From an uncultured Bacteroides sp. (GTDB lineage Bacteria > Bacteroidota > Bacteroidia > Bacteroidales > Bacteroidaceae), in contig OY782578.1 of assembly GCA_963677945.1 (NCBI GenBank), positions 2,011,258-2,075,257 of the forward strand: DNA of 64,000 bases, written 5' to 3'. The position numbers were made by a program, and so were the translations under genes. Below, in pieces: positions 61,801-64,000 of the stretch (position 1 is its first letter; each line of letters opens with the position of its first letter). The notes under the pieces are model-generated. The model made no database searches, was not told the origin of the DNA, and saw only the letters and a program-made list of their open reading frames with translations.

Positions 61801-62955
61801 AGTTGTGATTCAAATAAGGAATATGCAATACTTACTGTAAAAGACAATGGCAAGGGTATTCCTCCGGAGAAAATGAAGACTTTGTTTAAACGTTTTTATG
61901 AAGGAGATTATCGCCGCTTTAATACGATTGGCACGGGAATTGGACTTTCTCTGACTAAAGATCTGGTAGAACTGCATCAGGGAACTATTACTGCTGAAAG
62001 TGAAGTTGATAAAGGTACTACTTTCACTGTCAGGATACCAATAGATCGTTCATTCTATAGTGAAGATGAAATAGATGAAATGAAAGATGTATCTTCAGAA
62101 GGAACTATTTCGGATCTCGAACTTTCTGTTCCGGAACCGGAAAAAACAACTGAGGCAAAATCTCATTCTTTATTGGTTATTGAAGATAATGAGGAGCTGT
62201 TGCAGCTGATGACCCAATTATTAAGTAGAGAATATAATGTGCTTACAGCACAAAACGGCAAAGAGGGTGTTTCCATTGTTGAGAATGAAGATATTGATCT
62301 TATTGTATCTGATATTATGATGCCTGAGATGGATGGTATAGAGTTTTGTAAACACATAAAGAATAATTTCGAGACTTGCCATATTCCTTTGATTCTGCTT
62401 ACTGCAAAGAATAAAGAAGAGGATAGAATTGAAGCTTACGATTCCGGAGCCGACGGATTTATAAGCAAACCTTTCAAACTTACTGTATTGCATGCAAAAA
62501 TTAAGAATCTTCTGAAGAACAAAGAGAGGGTAGCAAAGGATTTCAAGAAACAATTGGTTTTTGAAATGAAAGAGCTAAGCTATACAAGTATGGATGAAGA
62601 CTTCTTGCAACGTGCTATTGACTGTGTTCACAGACATCTTGACGATTCAGAATTCGACCAGCAGCAGTTCATTGAAGAAATGGGTTCCAGTAAATCTACT
62701 TTATACAAGAAACTAAAATCGCTTACCGGACTCAATACATCGGCCTTTATACGTAACATTCGTCTGAAAGCTGCATGTAAAATTGTAGAAGAGAAAAAGA
62801 AAATCCGCATCTCGGAATTAGCTTATGCAGTTGGATTCAATGATCCTAAGTATTTTAGTGCATGTTTTAAAAAAGAATTCGGTATGCTGCCAAGTGAATA
62901 TATTGAAAGATATATGCCGGAATCATTTGTTCCGGAACCAGAGGACAACGAATAA
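58801..62955 (+). CDS. Hybrid two-component system (HTCS), regulator of PUL3
   Basis: Signal peptide, propeller repeats, Y_Y_Y-like region, TM, FFTNITHELLTPL, DNGKGI, GTGIGL, DIMMPEMDG, AraC HTH. Confidence 0.96.
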   Translation: MQNINYPILQKVSLFLLLLLCPFWANSQNEIIQHLKFKQLSTLNGLPTDEVQKVFQDKDGYIWIATRSGLCLYDGYQVKTYKANLYTPELFTSNNILCLADDNNHNLWIGTLDGLNILNKKTGVIRKIFIPGIANNAISCLLIGKDNTVWVGTDSGLCRYIPQNDSFEVLVNSKTNGVLSPTAIKSLIEDSKGNIWIGTWSAGLYRYDPKIKRYYAYPKMNNRNSAHVIYEDYKKRIWVGTWSEGLFLLENPYDMKHLRWKKFVHQNGNPNSLSDNIVYSISEDLNTHTLWVGTRSGLSITPQDGSGYFINYLPESERYPLITNEVNSIIRDHFGMMWMGTIGGGVCWVSTRQTHFNRYNIESIKSELPTNSVKSLYVDDDGLVWMGIGTYGLAAYNPKNNVCNYYPKIPEFSNISSMPTVNTIVRMKRTNELWIGTYDGGIYVYKKGQKVKVMLPENTPFLKEACVSAIKEDRKGNCWIGTRSGLCVRYNNGKGYIFNTLLVNNKDLSRCTIRSLCEDNDGTIWCGTGNYGVIRLSGNLQNPKLTKFAQYSLSNNKLNCLDALCLFKDNIGRLWLGTEGGGLNLYDREKDTFISINKLINLPGDVVSSIQQDKKGNLWLGTNYGLVRLRVEKNLKESSFRVYTTADGLQDNFFIQNSSFNKNGELFFGGYKGYNSFFPGKMEDNVMKVPVVITDIKILNQSFGTLDNELRNRISEETPGFTKRIELPYKYKNFTIEFAALVYNNSRGNKYAYKLEGFDKDWQYTDALHRFANYNNLKSGTYTFRLKATNENGMWNETETVLEVVILPPFWATWWAYLLYIIAGVLIARFSLRVARNRMQLKNDLKLQQIEQIKSEEVNHAKLQFFTNITHELLTPLTIISASVDDLKMISPQYLEHYGVMQNNISRLIRLLQQILEFRKAETGNLKLKVSNDNLAVFLRKEVESLRPLMKKKKIHLSVVCDPENIMGYFDPDKLDKIAYNLLSNASKYNSEGGFVLVNLSCDSNKEYAILTVKDNGKGIPPEKMKTLFKRFYEGDYRRFNTIGTGIGLSLTKDLVELHQGTITAESEVDKGTTFTVRIPIDRSFYSEDEIDEMKDVSSEGTISDLELSVPEPEKTTEAKSHSLLVIEDNEELLQLMTQLLSREYNVLTAQNGKEGVSIVENEDIDLIVSDIMMPEMDGIEFCKHIKNNFETCHIPLILLTAKNKEEDRIEAYDSGADGFISKPFKLTVLHAKIKNLLKNKERVAKDFKKQLVFEMKELSYTSMDEDFLQRAIDCVHRHLDDSEFDQQQFIEEMGSSKSTLYKKLKSLTGLNTSAFIRNIRLKAACKIVEEKKKIRISELAYAVGFNDPKYFSACFKKEFGMLPSEYIERYMPESFVPEPEDNE

Positions 62956-62977
62956 AAATATATAAGGTTTGCCCGAT

Positions 62978-63020
62978 AAACCATTGGCGAATAATTTTAG
63001 ATTATTCGCCAATGGTTTTT
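62978..63020 (+). terminator. Terminator after HTCS3
   Basis: 18-bp perfect stem aaaccattggcgaataat / attattcgccaatggttt followed by Ts. Confidence 0.88.
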
Positions 63021-63234
63021 ATTTATTGCCCAATAAATATCACCCTGTATTTTACGAGGTTCCAGTTTAATTCATCAATTCTTAGTTTTCTGGAGTTAAA
63101 TTATAGCTCAAAGTAGTAGAATATCCTATTTTCCTCTTAAAATAGCTATATTCAGACTTCTGTATTGTTAATGATTGATAAATTTGCTAAGTGATTATTA
63201 AGCAAAGATGTTTAATCTTAAAGTTTATAACTAA

Positions 63235-64000
63235 ATGAAAAAACAAAAAACTTTTCATGAGTGCAGAGGAAAACGGCAGCTTGTACCTGTTAAATGGGTA
63301 ATACGTTTGTCTGTTTTATTATTTGCACTTTATTCCCCTTTTCAACTAAGACTTTTTGCGGAAAATAACTCTCTGGAAATATCCCAGCAAAGTACGCAAA
63401 AGATATCTGGAGTTGTTAAAGATTCAAAAGGAGAAGCAATCATTGGTGCTAATGTGTTGATTGAAGGTACTAAGGTCAGTACCGTAACAGATTTAGATGG
63501 TGTTTTTACTCTCCAGCTACCTCAAGGAGCAGCAAGGCTTAAAATTTCTTTTATTGGATATAAAGATAAAATTGTTCCAATAAGAAAAGGTGCTCCCATG
63601 TCTATTGAATTAGATGAAGATACACATGTATTGGAGGAAGTTCAGGTTGTAGCTTATGGTGTTCAGAAGAAAGTATCAATTACAGGTGCTATCTCTTCTA
63701 TGAAGGGTGACGATCTGCTAAAAACACCTGTTGGTTCTATCTCTAATATACTTTCAGGACAGATTACTGGTGTTTCTTCTGTTCAGTATTCAGGAGAACC
63801 AGGTGCAGATGCTGCAGATATTTATGTTCGTGGTATTGCTACATGGAACGATGCTTCTCCAATTATTCAGGTTGATGGAGTAGACCGTGATTTCTCACAA
63901 ATCGACCCTAATGAAATTGAGAGTATCACAGTTCTTAAGGATGCTTCCGCTACGGCTGTATTTGGTGTAAGAGGTGCAAATGGTGTAATATTGATAACAA
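63235..64000 (+). CDS. susC: SusC-like TonB-dependent transporter, 3'-truncated (start of PUL3; absent from the ORF track)
   Basis: Manual translation MKKQKTFH...GVVKDSKGEAIIGANV...DPNEIESITVLKDASATAVFGVRGANGVILIT; TAaaTTTG promoter at 63179-63186. Confidence 0.93.
   Translation, partial: MKKQKTFHECRGKRQLVPVKWVIRLSVLLFALYSPFQLRLFAENNSLEISQQSTQKISGVVKDSKGEAIIGANVLIEGTKVSTVTDLDGVFTLQLPQGAARLKISFIGYKDKIVPIRKGAPMSIELDEDTHVLEEVQVVAYGVQKKVSITGAISSMKGDDLLKTPVGSISNILSGQITGVSSVQYSGEPGADAADIYVRGIATWNDASPIIQVDGVDRDFSQIDPNEIESITVLKDASATAVFGVRGANGVILIT

Noticed and set aside
63099-63160. HTCS operator repeats upstream of susC3
   Set aside because: Only a weak pair (aatatcctatt 63120 and aatagctatat 63141) in very AT-rich DNA; not distinguishable from chance by eye.

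Overview
A 64 kb, AT-rich chromosomal window from a Bacteroidales (Bacteroides-like) bacterium, judged from the SusC/SusD pairs, hybrid two-component systems (HTCS) and TAnnTTTG promoters. Left third: two tail-to-tail polysaccharide utilization loci (PULs). PUL1 (+) is a 5'-truncated HTCS, susC, susD, GH2 and a GH5-like enzyme. PUL2 (-) is a lipoprotein, susC, susD, GH30 and GH35, with a divergent HTCS. A methyltransferase, a YcxB-like gene and an M20 amidohydrolase sit between them. A DUF4153-like gene and an orphan GH43 follow. Middle (about 34.1-42.7 kb): a very AT-rich accessory region with no integrase. It encodes small membrane and zinc-finger proteins, a 982-aa protein made of 16 near-identical TPR repeats fused to a DUF2971/ADP-ribosyltransferase-like domain, a lipoprotein, an HU-like gene and a BT4734/VirE primase-helicase-like gene whose primase motifs look degenerate. 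That last gene is followed by a 139-bp fold-back element with inverted iteron-like repeats. Right part: core genes, namely an unannotated FopS-like sRNA candidate, crcB/DUF190, tRNA-Thr x2 plus SRP RNA, a GT2 operon, mntP, panCD, the glycogen cluster, marC, a Crp/Fnr regulator and eno, then a third HTCS and the start of a third susC. The best candidates for undescribed biology are the TPR-ART sensor/effector, the degenerate primase-helicase with its palindromic origin-like element, and the sRNA with a predicted target in PUL2. Family names come from motif recognition and memory; no searches were run.
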